From contig OZ024741.1 of the NCBI GenBank assembly GCA_964016885.1, positions 386,694,001 through 386,758,000 of the forward strand: a DNA stretch of 64,000 nucleotides, given 5' to 3'. Shown here piece by piece: positions 1 to 15,227 of this stretch. Source of the DNA: Eledone cirrhosa. Its lineage: Eukaryota. The translations under genes and the position numbers were made by a program. Within the stretch, counting starts at the first letter, position 1. Each line of letters begins with the position of its first letter. A model generated the notes under the pieces. It ran no database searches, had not been told where the DNA came from, and saw nothing but the letters and a program-made list of their open reading frames with translations.

Positions 1-11
1 GTGTCATATGA

Positions 12-42
<31 letters not shown>

Positions 43-469
43 CACACATACATACAAACATACATATATCAAGCGTAAAACTAATAATATATTTCTTCAT
101 TGTACTGTGTCGTTTGCTTTGTTATTTCTGTTTGCCTTTTACATATATATATATGTGTGTATGTGTGAGTGTATTTGTGTGTATTTGTGTGTGTAAACAC
201 CTCTCCCTTTATATACATGAGGGAAGGTGTGTGTGTGTGTGTGTGTTGAGAGAGGATGAGTGGATGAGAGGGAGAGGGGAGAAGAAAAGAGAGAGAGAGG
301 GGGTAGAGATAGGGAGAGAAAGTGAGAGAGAGCTTGTAAAGAACTGAAGAACTGTAGACCTGAAGGCTATTTAGAAATAAAATGGCCGCCAAGTAAAACT
401 TGACTGTCAGCAGAGTTAAAGAAGGAAAGAAGATAGGAAGAAGCCGACTGTCTATAGCAAAGGCCGTGA

Positions 470-660
470 ATTGGCAGTATATCGGTAGAGTGTCAGACGC
501 CATGCTTTCCAGCATAGAGTTACGGCCTTAACATTCTGAGTTCAAATCCCGCCGAGGATAACTTTGCCTTTCAACCTTACGGGGTCGATAAAATAAAGTA
601 CCAGTAATACACTGGGGTATTTGCTGGCCTTGTGCCAAAAAGTAGAAATTATTATTATAG
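470..660 (+). mobile_element. tRNA-derived SINE family A (representative copy)
   Basis: B-box GAGTTCAAATCC plus body CTTTGCCTTTCATCCTTACGGGGTCGATAAAATAAAGTACC. Further + copies near 13920, 18060, 40011, 40770, 47335, 55265, 59570; - copies near 6190, 7720, 7895, 23415, 33720, 33935, 34155, 62915. Confidence 0.85.
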
Positions 661-681
661 TAAACCGCTATATAGATAGAT

Positions 682-1580
682 ATGTCTGTGTGTGAACGTG
701 TGCCTGTGTGCATGTGTGTGTACGTGTGTGTGTGCGCGTGTGTGCGTGCGTGTGCGTGCGTGTGCGTGTGTATGCATGTGTGTGTGTGCGTGTGTGTGTA
801 CGTGTGTGTGTGCGCATGTGTGTGTGAGCGTGTGCCTATGTGTGTGTGTGTGTGTACGTGTGTGTGGGGGGCATTTGTGTGTGTACGTGTGTGTGAGCAT
901 ATCTGTGTGTGCGTGTGCGTGTGTGTGTGTGTGTGTACGTGTGTGTGTGTGTGTGCGTATGTGCGAGTGTGTGTGTGTGTGCGCGTAGTGAGTATGTGCG
1001 AGTGTGCGTGTGTGCGCGTATGTGCGTGTACTTGTACAGACATAAACAGACTACAACAACACAGACATACACACATACACACAGACATAGACACACACAC
1101 ATACACACACACATACACACAGACATACACACACTGACATAGACACACAGACATACACACAGACATACACACACTGACATAGACACACAGACATACACAC
1201 AGACATACACACACTGACATAGACATACACACACCGACATACACATATACACACACACACAGACACCGACATAAACATAGACACATACACACATACAGAC
1301 ACCGACATAGACACATGCACACACTGGCATAGACGCACATACACACATACACACAGAGACATACACACACACCAACACAGACATGCACACACCGACATAG
1401 ACACATTCACATACTTCATTCACACACTGACATAGACGCACATACATGCACACAGACACATGCACACACACACAGACATACGCACACACACCAACGCATA
1501 CACACACACTGACTAGACACATACACACACCGACTAGACATACACACATACATAAACACACCAACAAAAACACACAGACA
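682..1580. repeat. Compound (GT)n / (CA)n-derived microsatellite field, representative of dozens of TA, CA, CT, CATA, CAA and CAC tracts
   Basis: Directly visible. Other large tracts: 15670-16115, 17270-17608, 31610-31885, 35190-35915, 61255-61635. Confidence 0.95.
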
Positions 1581-2269
1581 GATATAATTGTTGTATGTTT
1601 CTGTTTCTCTTTTAGAAATAAAACACGATGAAACAAGTACTCAATACATAAACTAAAGTGTATGAATCGATATATTTTAAACAATGACTCTTACACATGT
1701 CATCCGTATCCTTTCCTTCAGAGTTCACCAAATCAAGGAAACGTCGTTAGTCTGCTGACACTCATTTCTTTAAACACGCATGCACACGCACACATAGATA
1801 CGCACATACACATTGGATAATAGTGCATTTCGTAATAGTACGGGTATGAATCGAGGTTGTAGCTGCAATATAGCAGATACTAATCGAATTGTTTAAGGCG
1901 GTCACAAAGCACTCAATGGAGCGAGAAGTTAATACATTATCGTTCAGAGTAAACAAAAATTTAAAAATGTGTGGCACCAAAAGAAGCGACGAGAATCAGT
2001 TGCCATACTTATACCACAACAACGATAAATACAGGCTGCAAACTAAACTGGACCGTCTCCAGTCTATTAGAATCGATAGAAATCGAAAAAAAGTCTTCGA
2101 TAGGTTTCTGGGACAGCTGGAAGCTTCACCACGAGTTGCATAATGCATATGCAAGTCATGTGTGCATTTCCACGTTGGAACTGGAGTTCCCTTCGTCGGC
2201 AGGCCTTATTCCATGTGTCCACAGTGGTTCGGTGGATATATATATATACATACAGTATATGTGTATGTG

Positions 2270-2301
<32 letters not shown>

Positions 2302-2341
2302 CATGTGTGTGTGAGAGAGAGAGAGTATATGTGTGTGTGCA

Positions 2342-2377
<36 letters not shown>

Positions 2378-2381
2378 TATA

Positions 2382-2432
<51 letters not shown>

Positions 2433-2678
2433 ATTATGATGTAGTGTTAAAGAATAAACAATAATGATAAAATAAAATGTATTTTAAGAATGAGGCTCCC
2501 GGAGGTCTGTGGCTCTAAGCTATAGTTTATAGATTTAGCTTATAGATTAGTCGAGCACTGCTCAGAACTCATGTCTAACATGTCGGTCGACTCCCAGGTA
2601 AAGTGTTGTTGCAGTTGTTTGGACAAGGTTCAGCAATAATCGATTTTTTTTTTTTTGTATATCATATACTACATTGCC

Positions 2679-3045
2679 GAAGTGTCTTTGGAGTAACGTT
2701 ACTCGATAGAGTGTGTAGCAGAGTGTCGCTCCAGGTAGAGCCGCTACCGAATTGAGAGCTCCGATAATACGATCATGTGGCTAGAATGTCACAAGAAGGA
2801 ACCGCTGAACAGATTTTACGGGCGAAACCAACCGGCAGGAGACCCAGGAGTAGACCCCGAGCAAGATGGTTGAATAACATCTATGAGCTCGGCAGGTCTC
2901 GCTTGGGGATCCGGCTGGATCAATTAGAGACGTTTGTTCCTGGCAGGAATCACTGGAAGAAGGGTTTGAGGATTCCCCCCCCCCCCCCACACACACACAC
3001 ACGACGATTCTCCCAGAAATAAGTGGGCGAAGAAGAAAAATAGAA
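2679..3045 (+). mobile_element. 5'-truncated RTE-clade LINE with 15-bp target-site duplication
   Basis: TSD ATATACTACATTGCC at 2664-2678 and 3046-3060. Translates GHVARM..PTGRRPRSRPRARW; short GAA tail. Homologous to ~49640-49940. Confidence 0.88.
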
Positions 3046-3809
3046 ATATACTACATTGCCTAATAACTCCTTTCTTTCTTTTTTAAATAGTTATGTGTGA
3101 TTTGAAGGAGATTTGACTGTTATTTCAAGCTGTGAGATACAGTAACTGTGTAAAGATTGCTGTAATGTCTCGTCTCATCAAATGTAGGGTGTTTGTTGTT
3201 CACTATATTGTAGCTGGTCTAATCTACAGCAGTTACAACATATTTTACAAGATACAAAGATCTACCAGGATTTTGCTGGATCGATACTTTATCGACTCAC
3301 CTTATGTAATTTCCAGGTAAAAACAGCAGAATCTGTAAATCATTTGTCCTTTTGATCTGAATCACTTCCCATCCCTCTCCTCAGATCTTTGGCTCCTGAT
3401 GCCACGAAGAGAGTCGCTGCCGCCATCGCCACCAGCTTCTATAACCTAATCTACTACTAGAAACTACATTTCCGTAGACAGAAATCTGCTTCAAAAGAAT
3501 CTCAGAAGATTTCCAACTGAGCCATTAAAGAATTTGCTGCCAGCTTCTTGGACTGAATCTGATGAGAAACAGATTATTCTGTGATGAGCATCATCATCGC
3601 CACTTCACCATCATCACCAACATAAACAACAACAACCAAAACAACACGATCACCACCACCACCATCACCAGCACCATCCTCATCATCATCATCCCCACCA
3701 CCCCCAACAACAATTCCGCTACCACCGCCACCACCATCATCCCCACCACCGCCACTACCAACACCACCAACACCACCACCAACAACACTATCACCAACAC
3801 CAGCAGCAA

Positions 3810-3847
<38 letters not shown>

Positions 3848-4806
3848 CCAACTACAGCACCGCTATCATCATCCCCACTACCAACAAAACCAACACCAAC
3901 AACAACAGGACCAACATCATCACCACCACCACCACTTGTACCTGTAATTCAAAGGGCCAAACTTGTCATATACTGTGTCACGCAGAAATTCCCCGAGAAT
4001 TGATAAGGTTCCACGTGTCTATGAAATGCTCAGCCACTTACATATTAATTTCATGAGCCGGCAGTTCCTTTGATCGAACAACTGGAATACTCATCGTTGA
4101 AACTGACGAAGGCTCGTCAATATGTGCCTAATGAGTTCGCTTGGCAACCACGTGGTTCTGGATTCAGTCTCGCTGAGCGGTACCTGGGTTTTTTTTTTTT
4201 AAATTAGTACTACACAGCTTGCACGTATTTCCTTGACTCTCTGTTGCCATCCAATTCTGTTGTTCATCATGTTTGGCAGATCAGAGAGATTTCAGTTTAC
4301 GTCGCCCTCTGCTAGCTCTTCTTTGTGTAGGTTCCCACAAATCAACTTCACTAATAATTTCGTCTTTAGCTCTCCAGCAATGGCCAAAAGTTCCCAGTGT
4401 TTGATATTCTCTGAGTCTGGGAAGCGTTTGTAGCGACTATTTTAAGCATCTTATGAGTGTTTTAAATCTTTTAATAATTTTCCATTAAACGCATGTAGTA
4501 TTTTACATAATATGTAAACTCACTGCACAAAATTAGATTCAGAACTACACAAGCAACACGTTAGCATAATAACTCCGCAGCAACTTCAGCGAATGTCTTA
4601 CACTATAGCCTCAAGTTGACCAATAGCTTGTGAGTTAGGTTTGGTAGACGGAGCGGTAGAAGCTCGTCATGTATACATAGAATTTAGCTGTATACAGATA
4701 TGTATTAGAATTTCGTATTTCTAAAGAAATACGGTGTTTATAGGTAAACATTTAGAAAGCCGTAGTAGCTATGCCCTCTGGTGGTGTCCAGCAAAAGTAA
4801 GGGGAA

Positions 4807-4888
<82 letters not shown>

Positions 4889-5206
4889 ACAAGGACGATT
4901 TGTTAAGCCTTCATTACGTTTATTGATTGGTGACGCGCGTTACAACAGCAGAGGCCCGATGAGCATCTGATTCTAGAGTTCATAGGCTGACTATGAAAGA
5001 GTGATGCTAGAGCTGTGAAATCTTGCATGCATTAATTTCAAATCTTATTAATAAGTGCATTGTGTTTCCATAGATTATGTTGAAAAATAAACCTCATTTG
5101 ATCATTCCATGAGAGTATCTTGGATAGCCTACGAACTTTTCAACCGACTTTCGTATATATCTGTGTGTGAGATACAGTGTGTGTATGTGTGTGTGCGTGT
5201 GCGCGC

Positions 5207-5243
<37 letters not shown>

Positions 5244-6796
5244 TGTATGTTGTGTCCAGTTACTTAGCGGTTTGACAAAAAAGAGCTCGATAAAATAAGT
5301 ACTTGACATGAAAAAATAAATACTGGAACTGATCGAGCACTTTAAGGGGTGCCACGGTATGGCTGCAGTCTAGTGAAACTAGGAAAATAAAAAGAAAAAA
5401 AATATCAATCATTACTATAAAAGCGTATCCAGTAGGAGAGTTTTGTGTTGTATACTGGGGCGGGTTTATTGGGGGTGTGGGTGGGGTGGATGCCCTCACC
5501 TCATCAAACAGAATCCCCTCTCTGAACAGGGCCCCGTCTTCTCTCTCTCTCTCACTCGCTCTCTGTCTTCCTGCTTATGTGTATATCATCATCATCAGCA
5601 TCACCGTTTAACGTCCATTTTACCACGCTAGCATGGGTTTGACGATATACATATATGCATATATATGTGTGTGTGGATGTGTTTGTGTATATGGGTGTGA
5701 TGTTATATGAGGGGCCCACCAAACTTGAACTGCCTCGGGCCCCAAAGGTCTAAATCTGGTCTTGGTTGTATACTCCTCGGGAGAGCTATGAGATCAGAAT
5801 TCCCAGAGGTCTCGTATGCAATTAATTATTAAATGTTCTTTTATCCTCAACATGCTTAATATCACTAATTTGGGCTACTTACATATTTTACCATCTTTTT
5901 GTCGCTTTTTTCTTGGCTTTCGTATCAAAGATATATACTAATTCTTAGATATTATTTGTCTTTAATGATTTAATGAATGAATTAAGGAATTAATTAAAGA
6001 ATTAATTAATTATGCACTAACGACGACAGTCGCCGCTCGCAATCGTGAGTACTTCTCCGATGAACTTTCAAGAAGAGATGAAACTAGTGAAGACATTTCA
6101 AAATATTTTTCTGTCCACCGATAAATATAAACATTTGTTTACACTTCTTTATATTCCGGATCGAGGCAGAAATTATAGGCATTAATAATTGTTTCTACCT
6201 TGGCACAAGGCCAGCAATTGCCGTAGTGCATACTGGTACTTTATTTTATTGACCCCGTAAGGATGAAAAGCAAAGCTAACATCGGCGGTATTTGAACTCA
6301 GAACGTAAAGGGCCGTAACTCTATGTCACAAAGCATGTTGTCCGACGCAAAACCGATACTGGTAATCATAATGTCGATCTAACTGATTGTGTCGTCGTTT
6401 CGGTAAAATCCCCGGGACGAGATGAGAAATCATCAGCAGTATTAAGTTACATCCGTTTACACTGAGCTCCAATTCTGCAGACGTAAGACTGTACTGTTTG
6501 ACATTCAGCCGTACCAGTAATGTACTGGGAGTCAATTAAATTAACTTTAGCGAACCTATGTAGAAATTAATCTAATACCAATGCTATAAAAAAAGTCATT
6601 ATTAATAAAGACGATGCTGGGGGGGGGGGGGGGGGGGGTGAACAAATCAATATTGATAACACATAAAAAAAAAGAAGAAATCTTAGATAATAATTATAAT
6701 ATATTTGTATTCCTCGGGGACCCATTCTCATTTATGGAGCGAATCATGTCGTATTAGATATTCCTCTCTCCCTCCTTTCTGTCACCCACCCTTCTT

Positions 6797-6882
<86 letters not shown>

Positions 6883-6935
6883 CTCCTCTCCCTCTCTCTA
6901 ACCCTTCCGCTTCCTTTTCTTTCTCCCCCTCTCCC

Positions 6936-6993
<58 letters not shown>

Positions 6994-8437
6994 TCTCCAT
7001 CTCTCTCCCTTCACCCTCTCTCTCCCACCTCCCCTCATTCTCTTTCTCCCTCTATCTCTCTCCCCCTTCTCCTTTTCTCCTCTCTCCCTCCCTCCCTTTC
7101 TCTCGCACACGTATTTAAGTTCCTTCTATTTAGTTATGTATTATCCTCAGTCAAATTGTAACCAAATTGTTTCATGAATTGAATCTAATAATCAAAACTT
7201 CCCTTAATATATTCACCTTTATATCTCACCACTCCAATGCCCCTTGTCCTTAACTAACTTTAACACACTCGTGCAACAGCTTGTACCCTAAAAATCTAAG
7301 GTCTATCTTGAGCTCGGAGGCTCAATCAGGTGTTATCCTGGTTTTTATGCTGTGAAGCGACTGAGAGTACAAGGCTTCCCCCTGGGAAGGACGCCAGTCT
7401 ATCGCATGGTTAAACCCCAAGCTGTTGCTGGTACTCCTTTTCAGCTCAGTATACTGGAGCAATATGAAATGAAGTGTTTTGCTCAAGAATACAACACACA
7501 ACCCAGTCTAGAAATCGAATTCTCGAGACTATGATCGTAAGTCCAACACCCTCACCACAAGGCCACAGGTCTCCACTTGTACATTTTAACGTCTTTCTAA
7601 ACTTAGAACATAAAGGGACGTAACTCTATACTGTAAAGCAGGATGCCTGACGCCTCTGCAATAATGGTTGCTTATTTAGGGACAAAGCCATACATTTTGG
7701 GGTAGGAGGAAAGTCGATTAAATCGATCCCAGTTTGTTACTGGTGCTTTATTTTATTGACTCCGTAAGGATGAAAGGTAAAGTTAACCTCGGCGGCATTT
7801 GAACTCAGAATGTCAACTGACGTAACTATATGCTACAATGCATGTTGTCTGACGCTCTACCGACTCTGCCAATCCATCAATAATAATAATAATAATTGTT
7901 TCTACTTTTGGCACCAGGCCAGCAATTATTCCAGTGCATTACTGGTACTTTATTTTATCGACCCCGTAAGGATGAAAGGCAAAGTTAACCTCGACGGGAG
8001 TTGAACTCAGATCATAAAGGGAGGTACCTCTATGCTTCAAAGCATGGCGCCCGACCCTCTACTGATACTGCCAATCCAATAATAATAATAATAGGTAGTG
8101 AGGAAGGTGAGGTTGAGGCATAAGTTTGGGTAGGATGTTTCTAACTCATCTTTAAAGAGCCTGTTGTTTATGTTAGTTAGTTAAAGTATGTTCTAAGCTC
8201 ATCAGGCCGGTGCTTATCCCCGGTTTCCTTGGCACTAAGCGACTGAGAGTATAAGACTATCTCTTGACAGATCGCCGGTCTATCGAAAGTTTAACTCTCC
8301 AGCTACTGCTGGTACTCTACTCAATCTCAGATGAGTGTACTGGAACAACGTAAAATAAAGTATTTTGCAGAACTCGAACCGACGACATTACGATCGTACG
8401 CCATACATCCAAACTATTAAGCCATGCACCTTCACGC

Positions 8438-9230
8438 CTGCTGTTTATGGACGATTTGAAATTGTTTGCGAAGTCTGATACAACTAGAGTTGCAAGTCCT
8501 GACAGTCCAGGGTGTAGCCAGGACATACGCATGGAATTTGGCGTCGTAGAATGTGTAATTGTCATCGTGGAAAGGAGGAAGTTGTCCCAAGTAACTGACA
8601 TCGAATTACCATCTAGAATGATCCCAGTCATGACGGTTATAAATATTTAGGAATCATAGAGATTAATGAGACATTACACATCAAGGAAAGACAATGTAAA
8701 AAAATAATAATAATTAAACATTTACACGGGCTAAAATTTCTTGAGTATAAACTACATGCAAGAAACTTGAATCATGCTGTAAACAGTATAGTGATGTAGT
8801 ATAGTATAGTGATGTAGTATAGTATAGTGATGTAGTATAGTATAGTGCATGTCTCAGAAAATGTGGTTGATATCAGAAAAAAATCCAAGATACACTGGGA
8901 CTTCACAATCGAAACGGATTGCAGACTGATATTGTAGTTATGCTTAGAAATAGTCGTGAATACCAGATTATTTGGTCTTATCATTATAGTATTGAAATAA
9001 ATATATTGACTTGAATGTGAAAATTACAAGAATATTGTCAATATCACCTATCAACATCAAGATAATCCCAGTTGTCATCGGAACTTTACGCTTTATACTA
9101 CAAAAACTGAGAGGGTATATTAAGCAAACAAACCTCGAATCACAAATTGCTTTCTTACAAAAGGCTGCCCTCTTGGACACAGCATATTGTTTGTCTAAGG
9201 TTTTTGTTGAGTCTCGATTAGCTGAAGATC
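8438..9230 (+). mobile_element. Heavily deleted R4-clade LINE remnant
   Basis: LLFMDDLKLFAKS, IRMEFG, YKYLG, IHWDFTIETD, IIPVVIGTL, LQKAALL, followed by a TAA/CAA-rich tract. Confidence 0.75.
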
Positions 9231-9429
9231 CAGTAATTATCATATTTACTGTACAAACCATCAATAACAATAATAGTAATAATGAAGGTTATGATAATGA
9301 TAACAACAACAGCATCTCATAGATAGCAAGCGCGTGAAAAACAACTACAACAAGCACATCAATGGCCAACATTGTTAGCAAAGAGAAACCAGAGTAACAT
9401 TAACAACAGGATAGTTCGCCATGCTGATC

Positions 9430-10760
9430 GATATCATTGTCAGAATGTCGTTTTGGGAATCTACCATGTAGTGGTGTTGCCTTCCATTCATGGTTTAGTT
9501 CTTCTGTTTGGAGTTTCTTTACTTTGATCTTCGCAGTCATAGTTAGCTATGCAGCACTCTGTTGTTAATTTTCTATGGCTATGTCTTGTTCCATGTTCAG
9601 TTTTTGCCTAAATGTTCTTGCCTCTTTTGTTAGTGAGTGTAGTTTCTTAATTCGTTCATGCTTGAGTACAGGCTTAAGGAGTTCATCTCGTGTGTGGTGG
9701 AGGTAGCTATCCAATCCAATGGTTGCTGTTTTGTATGCACCTTCCAGTTGTAGGAGACCCCGTCTACATTCTTTCCTTGAGATATACAGCCTATGTACAT
9801 CAGCTTTATGATGGTGCATTTTTCTGTTTTCAATAGTTTTCTGTTCTTAGTCTCCATCCTTTGTAGTTATTGCAGGTTCCGGTTTATGATGTTAAAGCTG
9901 TATGTTACAACTGGTATTGGCTTTGAACTTGTTGCAGGAGTTTAGTTCACTTTTTGTTACCAGTCTTGCTCTCCTTACGTACTCCTTCCGTATTTTTCTT
10001 TCATACTTGCATGCTGGATTCCATCTCCTTCATTAACTCCAAGATATTTGTGGAACTCTGCATTGTTAAGTTCCTTTATGGTGGTTTGTTGGTCTATGAC
10101 AATATTTTTATAGTTAGAAAGCAACCCTCCCTTGGATGTGACTTTTGCACATTTGTCCAGTGCAAATTCCATATGGATGTCATAACTGAATTGTTTCACT
10201 GTGTAGTAAACCTTCCAGCTGCCAATCATTGTTTCCAAAAAGCCTGATATCATCCATATAAAGGTGACTGTACCGTCTGTTGTCTGTTTTATATCCATAG
10301 CCTGTCCTCCGCAGTAACTGACTTAGCGGAGCAGGTGACACACAGAACAGAAAAAGGGACAATGAGTCACCTTGGAATATTCCATGGTTCATCTTGATCT
10401 GTCTAGATTCCAGTGGTCCGTCGTGGTGTTGAAGGACCATCGTAGTTTTCCAGTCTGTCATCATTGCATTCAGGAAAGTTGTGATCTCAGGTGTTATGTG
10501 ATACATTTCTAGTGTCTTTATGATCCATGTATGAGGTATGCTGTCAAATGCCTTCTTGTAGTATATCCAGGCCATTGACAGGCTGTTCTTTTCCTGTTTG
10601 CAGTTGAGTTTATTTATCACTAGCTGACCTTTGTACCCATAACTCCCTCGTTTACAGCCTTTATATTCAGGTGGCAATAGATTTCCACAAACGAGGTAAT
10701 TGTAGACCCTGTTGATATTCACTGATGTGAGCGCTTTGTACATCGTTGGGAGTCCTTCCA
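9430..10760 (-). mobile_element. Second R4/Dong-like LINE fragment (RT domain)
   Basis: LPTMYKALTS, KGCKRGSYG, AWIYYKKAFDSIPH, GIFQGDSLS, YMDDIRLF, MEFALDKCA, LYISRKECRRGL. Confidence 0.88.
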
Positions 10761-13700
10761 AGTAATGCTGTATTTTTGTAAGTACTCCATCCATATTGCA
10801 ACCCCTATTTATTTAATGTACTTCTCAAGGTCCCTACTCACTGTTCCCAAGATTCTAACTATTATTGCTAATACCACCACCTTTTTCAGTGACCACAACT
10901 GCTTAACCTCCCAAGCTAACCTGTCATATCTATCAAACTTTTTTCCTTCTATATCACATATCTTGTTATCAACTGGATGGGCTATAACTATGATCCAACA
11001 CTGTTTGCTTTCTTTCTCAATTAATACAATATCTGGTCTCCTGTGCTCAATCTCATGGTCACACTGTATCACAAATTCCCACAAGACCTTGGCATCGTCA
11101 TTTTCGATAACACCATCATGTTCGTACCATTTTCTGCTATCAAGTTCATATTGGCCGCAAAGTACTCAATGGACTTTCCTTGCTATGTTGTCGTGACGTC
11201 CATTATACTCTTTCTTAGTGGTGTGCCTTGACTGGTAATATGCCAAACAGTTTCTCCATTCATACCACAAATTCCACACCTATCGCTCTCTGCTGTGTTT
11301 TCTACACTATGCTTGATGTAGTTAGTTCTTAGTGCTTGTTCTTGATTAAGGCTTCTGTTTCCAGTTTTAGTTCAATTTTAGCCATCCCTAACCACCTTTT
11401 TTCTCTGTCCTATCTTCAACATTTCTATGGCTTCGTCCATACATTCTTTTTTCTGTCCGTCTACTTTCAGTTTCATCCATCTTCAAATGCTTGTACTGTG
11501 TTTTTTCTTTGCAATCTTCTATTTTGCACATCCCTGACCTTCTTACTTCCAGCAACAGTAGTTCTGTGGAATTATTTATGTACCACGCCATGTTATTTTC
11601 TTCTGTTCCAATGCTGTCTTCGTACCACACCAGTCCACTTCCTCCTCTTTTTCTTGGTACATATAATCTGCCTATGTCGCTCTTTAGGTGAAATACCCCA
11701 TATCTAGTCAATATTTTCTTGTCTTTCGGTTTAAACTGTTTAGCTCTTCTACTGTCCAGTGATCACACCCCACTCCATATCTAAGGAGTGATACCACCTA
11801 TGTATTGATAGCTTCCATCTTATTCCGTATCAGCGAGGGAACCAAGCTGGTATTCATTCTTACCACAAAGCGGTGCATGAATAATAAATGGCTGATTTTT
11901 TGCTGGCGACCTTTGAATTCACACCCAGCCTTAACTTTTCTCAAGATCATTGTCAGTGGTATCATGCACAGTAAAAACATCAGTAGTGACAGACTTCCCC
12001 CTTGTAATATACCTCTTTTGATTTTTATTGTTCCTAAATTTCTTCCATAAACTGCCACTTCAGTCTTCCACTTTTTCATACTTTTCCTTGAGAATCGCTC
12101 AACATTTGATGCAATACCAAATAAGTTAATACATTCCATAATCCAAGAGTCCGGAATCTTGTCAAAGCCTTTGCGGTAATCGATCTACGCAATGGTCGAG
12201 TAGGTTTTCCTCCTCTTGTCCTGAAGTATTGTTTCATCTATCAAAAGCTGGTCCTTTGTACCTCTGCACTTATGCTTGCACCCTTTCTGCTCATCTGGTA
12301 GAACACCATTTTCTTCAAGATGTCCGTACATTGATTCTGCGATTATTCCAGTCAATAGTTTCCACATAAGTAGTAGGTATGTTATTGATCTATAGTTGTT
12401 CTGCCCTTTGTCAGACACTCCTGTATCACTTGACCAGCATTTAGTAATGTGTTCAGTTGTTCTATTATTCCTTCATGGCATTGAATAAATCTGTTGATCC
12501 AGTAGCCTTGAACTCCATCTAGTCTCGGAGACATCCAGTTGCTCATCTTATTTCTGGCTTCCTTCATATCCCTAGTTAAAATGACTCGTTCTGCCTTTTG
12601 AGGGCAAACTGTTGTTTGTTTAAGTTCTTCTAACCAGTCAGTGTCCTTCTTGTGCTCCTTCTCTTTACTCCAAATAACGCTCCAAAACTTTTGACTTTCA
12701 ATGTTACCCCGTATAATCACTTCATCAGTACATTCTCCATTTATTTCTCGGTAAAATCTCTTTTGGTCTACTCTGAATAGTCTATTCTGATTATATTGCT
12801 TTATTCTGTGTTCGTATCTAACTATCTTTGCATTTTTGGCTATGAGACGTTGCTTAAGTTCCTCCATTACTACTTTTAGGCCTTTTCTTTCAATGTCATA
12901 CTTTCTTCCCAGTGCTCTGTATTTTTTTTCATCCCTTCTCTTTTTGGATCCACACAGAAATGTCCTTCAAGAGGTTATCTATACTGGCCTGTTTTGTTTT
13001 TTTTTTTGGCTCTTTTTTATGGCTTTTTTTTTTTGTCTCCCTTATTGTTTTTCTTTGCCTTGTCATCTACACCCATATTTTCTGCTACAACAATGCTTGC
13101 TGACTTTATTAAGTCATTTGTTTCTGTGATGTGATTTGTTTTGTTGTATTTCAGAACTTCATTCCCTTTATGTTTCTTGGTTCAGCTTTCATTGGTCAAC
13201 CTTCTTCAGGCTGCAAATAAGGTTCCATTGTTCTTCTGTAACCTTGCCTTTATTCTGTCATACATTACCTTCTGTTCACCTTGTCTTCCATACCATCGAC
13301 ATTTCTCTCACCAGACAAACCATCTCTACCTTGTTTCTGTTGGTAACCAGAAATCTTTTCACCCTTGTCCTCTGCTGTAGTTTCTCTTTCCTCAGTAAGA
13401 CCTTCATCTACACCATTTCTTTCACTGCTGTTTCCTGATACCTGTCTTTTGATAGCTTCAAATTCCACTTCTGTCAACCAGCGATTTTTTTGCTCTGGCT
13501 TCGTCACATAAACTCTGCTCTCTGAGTTGAAACAAGCCTCTTTCTCTCCATATTTTATGCATTCGTTGTTTGTATCCTTTGGTAGGGACCCAATTTTCAT
13601 CTATATGATTGCTCAAGTAGTAACACTCCATGACCATATCATTTACTTTTTTACTCCACCTCCATTGTGGTTGCTGGTCCATTGCTGAATAACGACTTGA

Positions 13701-13775
13701 TGGAGCCCAACCAGGTACTAAGTCTGCTGGGCACGATACCTTCACCATCGAGGGTTCCAGTTCTGTTAATGCCAT
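10760..13775 (-). mobile_element. Near full-length decayed R4/Dong-like non-LTR retrotransposon (RT plus REL endonuclease)
   Basis: Motifs in order on the minus strand: [63 protein letters not shown], a CxxC knuckle, HRRPDIVLIEK..CWII, KFDRY..L. Many stops and frameshifts. Confidence 0.88.
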
Positions 13776-15158
13776 TATTCTCTTTTTTTTTATTTTTTTT
13801 TTATTTAACATACTCACTCATATGAGGTAGCGATTATTAAGTTGCGCAACTACCAGTGTTTTTATCGTGACACCATCACTAATTATTATAATTATTATAA
13901 TTATTATTATCATTATTAAAGGGCGGTAGATTGGAATCGGACAACATGCTTTTAGTCCTTTACGCTCTGAGTTCAAATCCCACCGAGGTTAGCTTTGCCT
14001 TTCATCCTTACCGGGTCGGCAAAATAAGCACTGGAGTCGATATAATCGACTCCCATACCCCACCCCCAGCCACCCTCCCTCAAAATATTGGCCTTGTGCC
14101 TAAATCAGAATGATGGTGATGATGATGAATTCTAATGTGTAATGATTTCTAACAAAAAACAGTAATATCAATAATGTTGATAGTGATGATGATGATGATA
14201 TTATGGGCATTGTTGCTGTTTTTGTTATTGTTGTTCTTGGTGGTGTTGTTGTTGTTGTTGTTGCTGTTGGTGGTGGTGGTGTTACTGTTGTTGGTGGTGA
14301 TGTTGTTATTGTTATTATTGTGGTTGTTGGTGTTGTGGTATTGGTGGTGATGTTGTTGTTGTTGTTGGTGGTCGTCGTCGTCGTTTTGTTATGGGTGTTG
14401 TTTTTGGTGGCTGTGATGTTACTGCTATTGTTGTTGTTCTTATTATTGTTGTTGTTGTTGGTGGTGGTGGTGGTGGTGGTGGTGATGATGTTACTGTTAT
14501 TGTTGTTGTTGTTATTGATACAATATGCACTTAACACTGTGAGAACAATCTAATCCGCCCAATTAGCTGTTTATGGTTTTGTTGTTTGTTGTTTTGTGGC
14601 GGCGGGGGGAGAGGAAGGGGGGTTTATAATTATTTCTATTTATTTGTTTATTTATTTGTTATTTTGTTATATTTGCAAACAAACATTAGTTCTTTGATCA
14701 TAACGCTCTTTATATTCTCATCACACGTTATCTTCCCCGCCCTCATCGACCCACCACATACACACACACACACACACAAGCACACGCACAAGCACACGCT
14801 CACACACTCCGTCACACATACACATCAACATTCTAAACATTTTACACTTTTATAATATACATTCTAATTACATTGTCTCCTTAGGCAAGTCAGGCAACCC
14901 AACTCAACTCAAGTCAATTCCTTTAGTCTTGAGACGATAAACGGAAAACAAACAAAAAATTATAATAAAAAATAAACTGGGAGACTTGTCTGGTATACAG
15001 CGCCGAACTATTATAGATTATAGATTCTTCAGAGACGCCACAATCATTGGTAGAACTAATTTCATACTAAGGGTTAAGGAAGGTTGCTAGAGTTATTAAT
15101 GTTAGAGATGCATACATACATACATACATATACATATATGTCCACACAATCAGGCACG

Positions 15159-15227
<69 letters not shown>

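Noticed and set aside
8-2444. Cys/Val-, His/Thr- and Tyr/Ile-rich ORFs here and throughout the window
   Set aside because: These are translations of (GT)n, (CA)n, (TA)n and (CT)n microsatellites.
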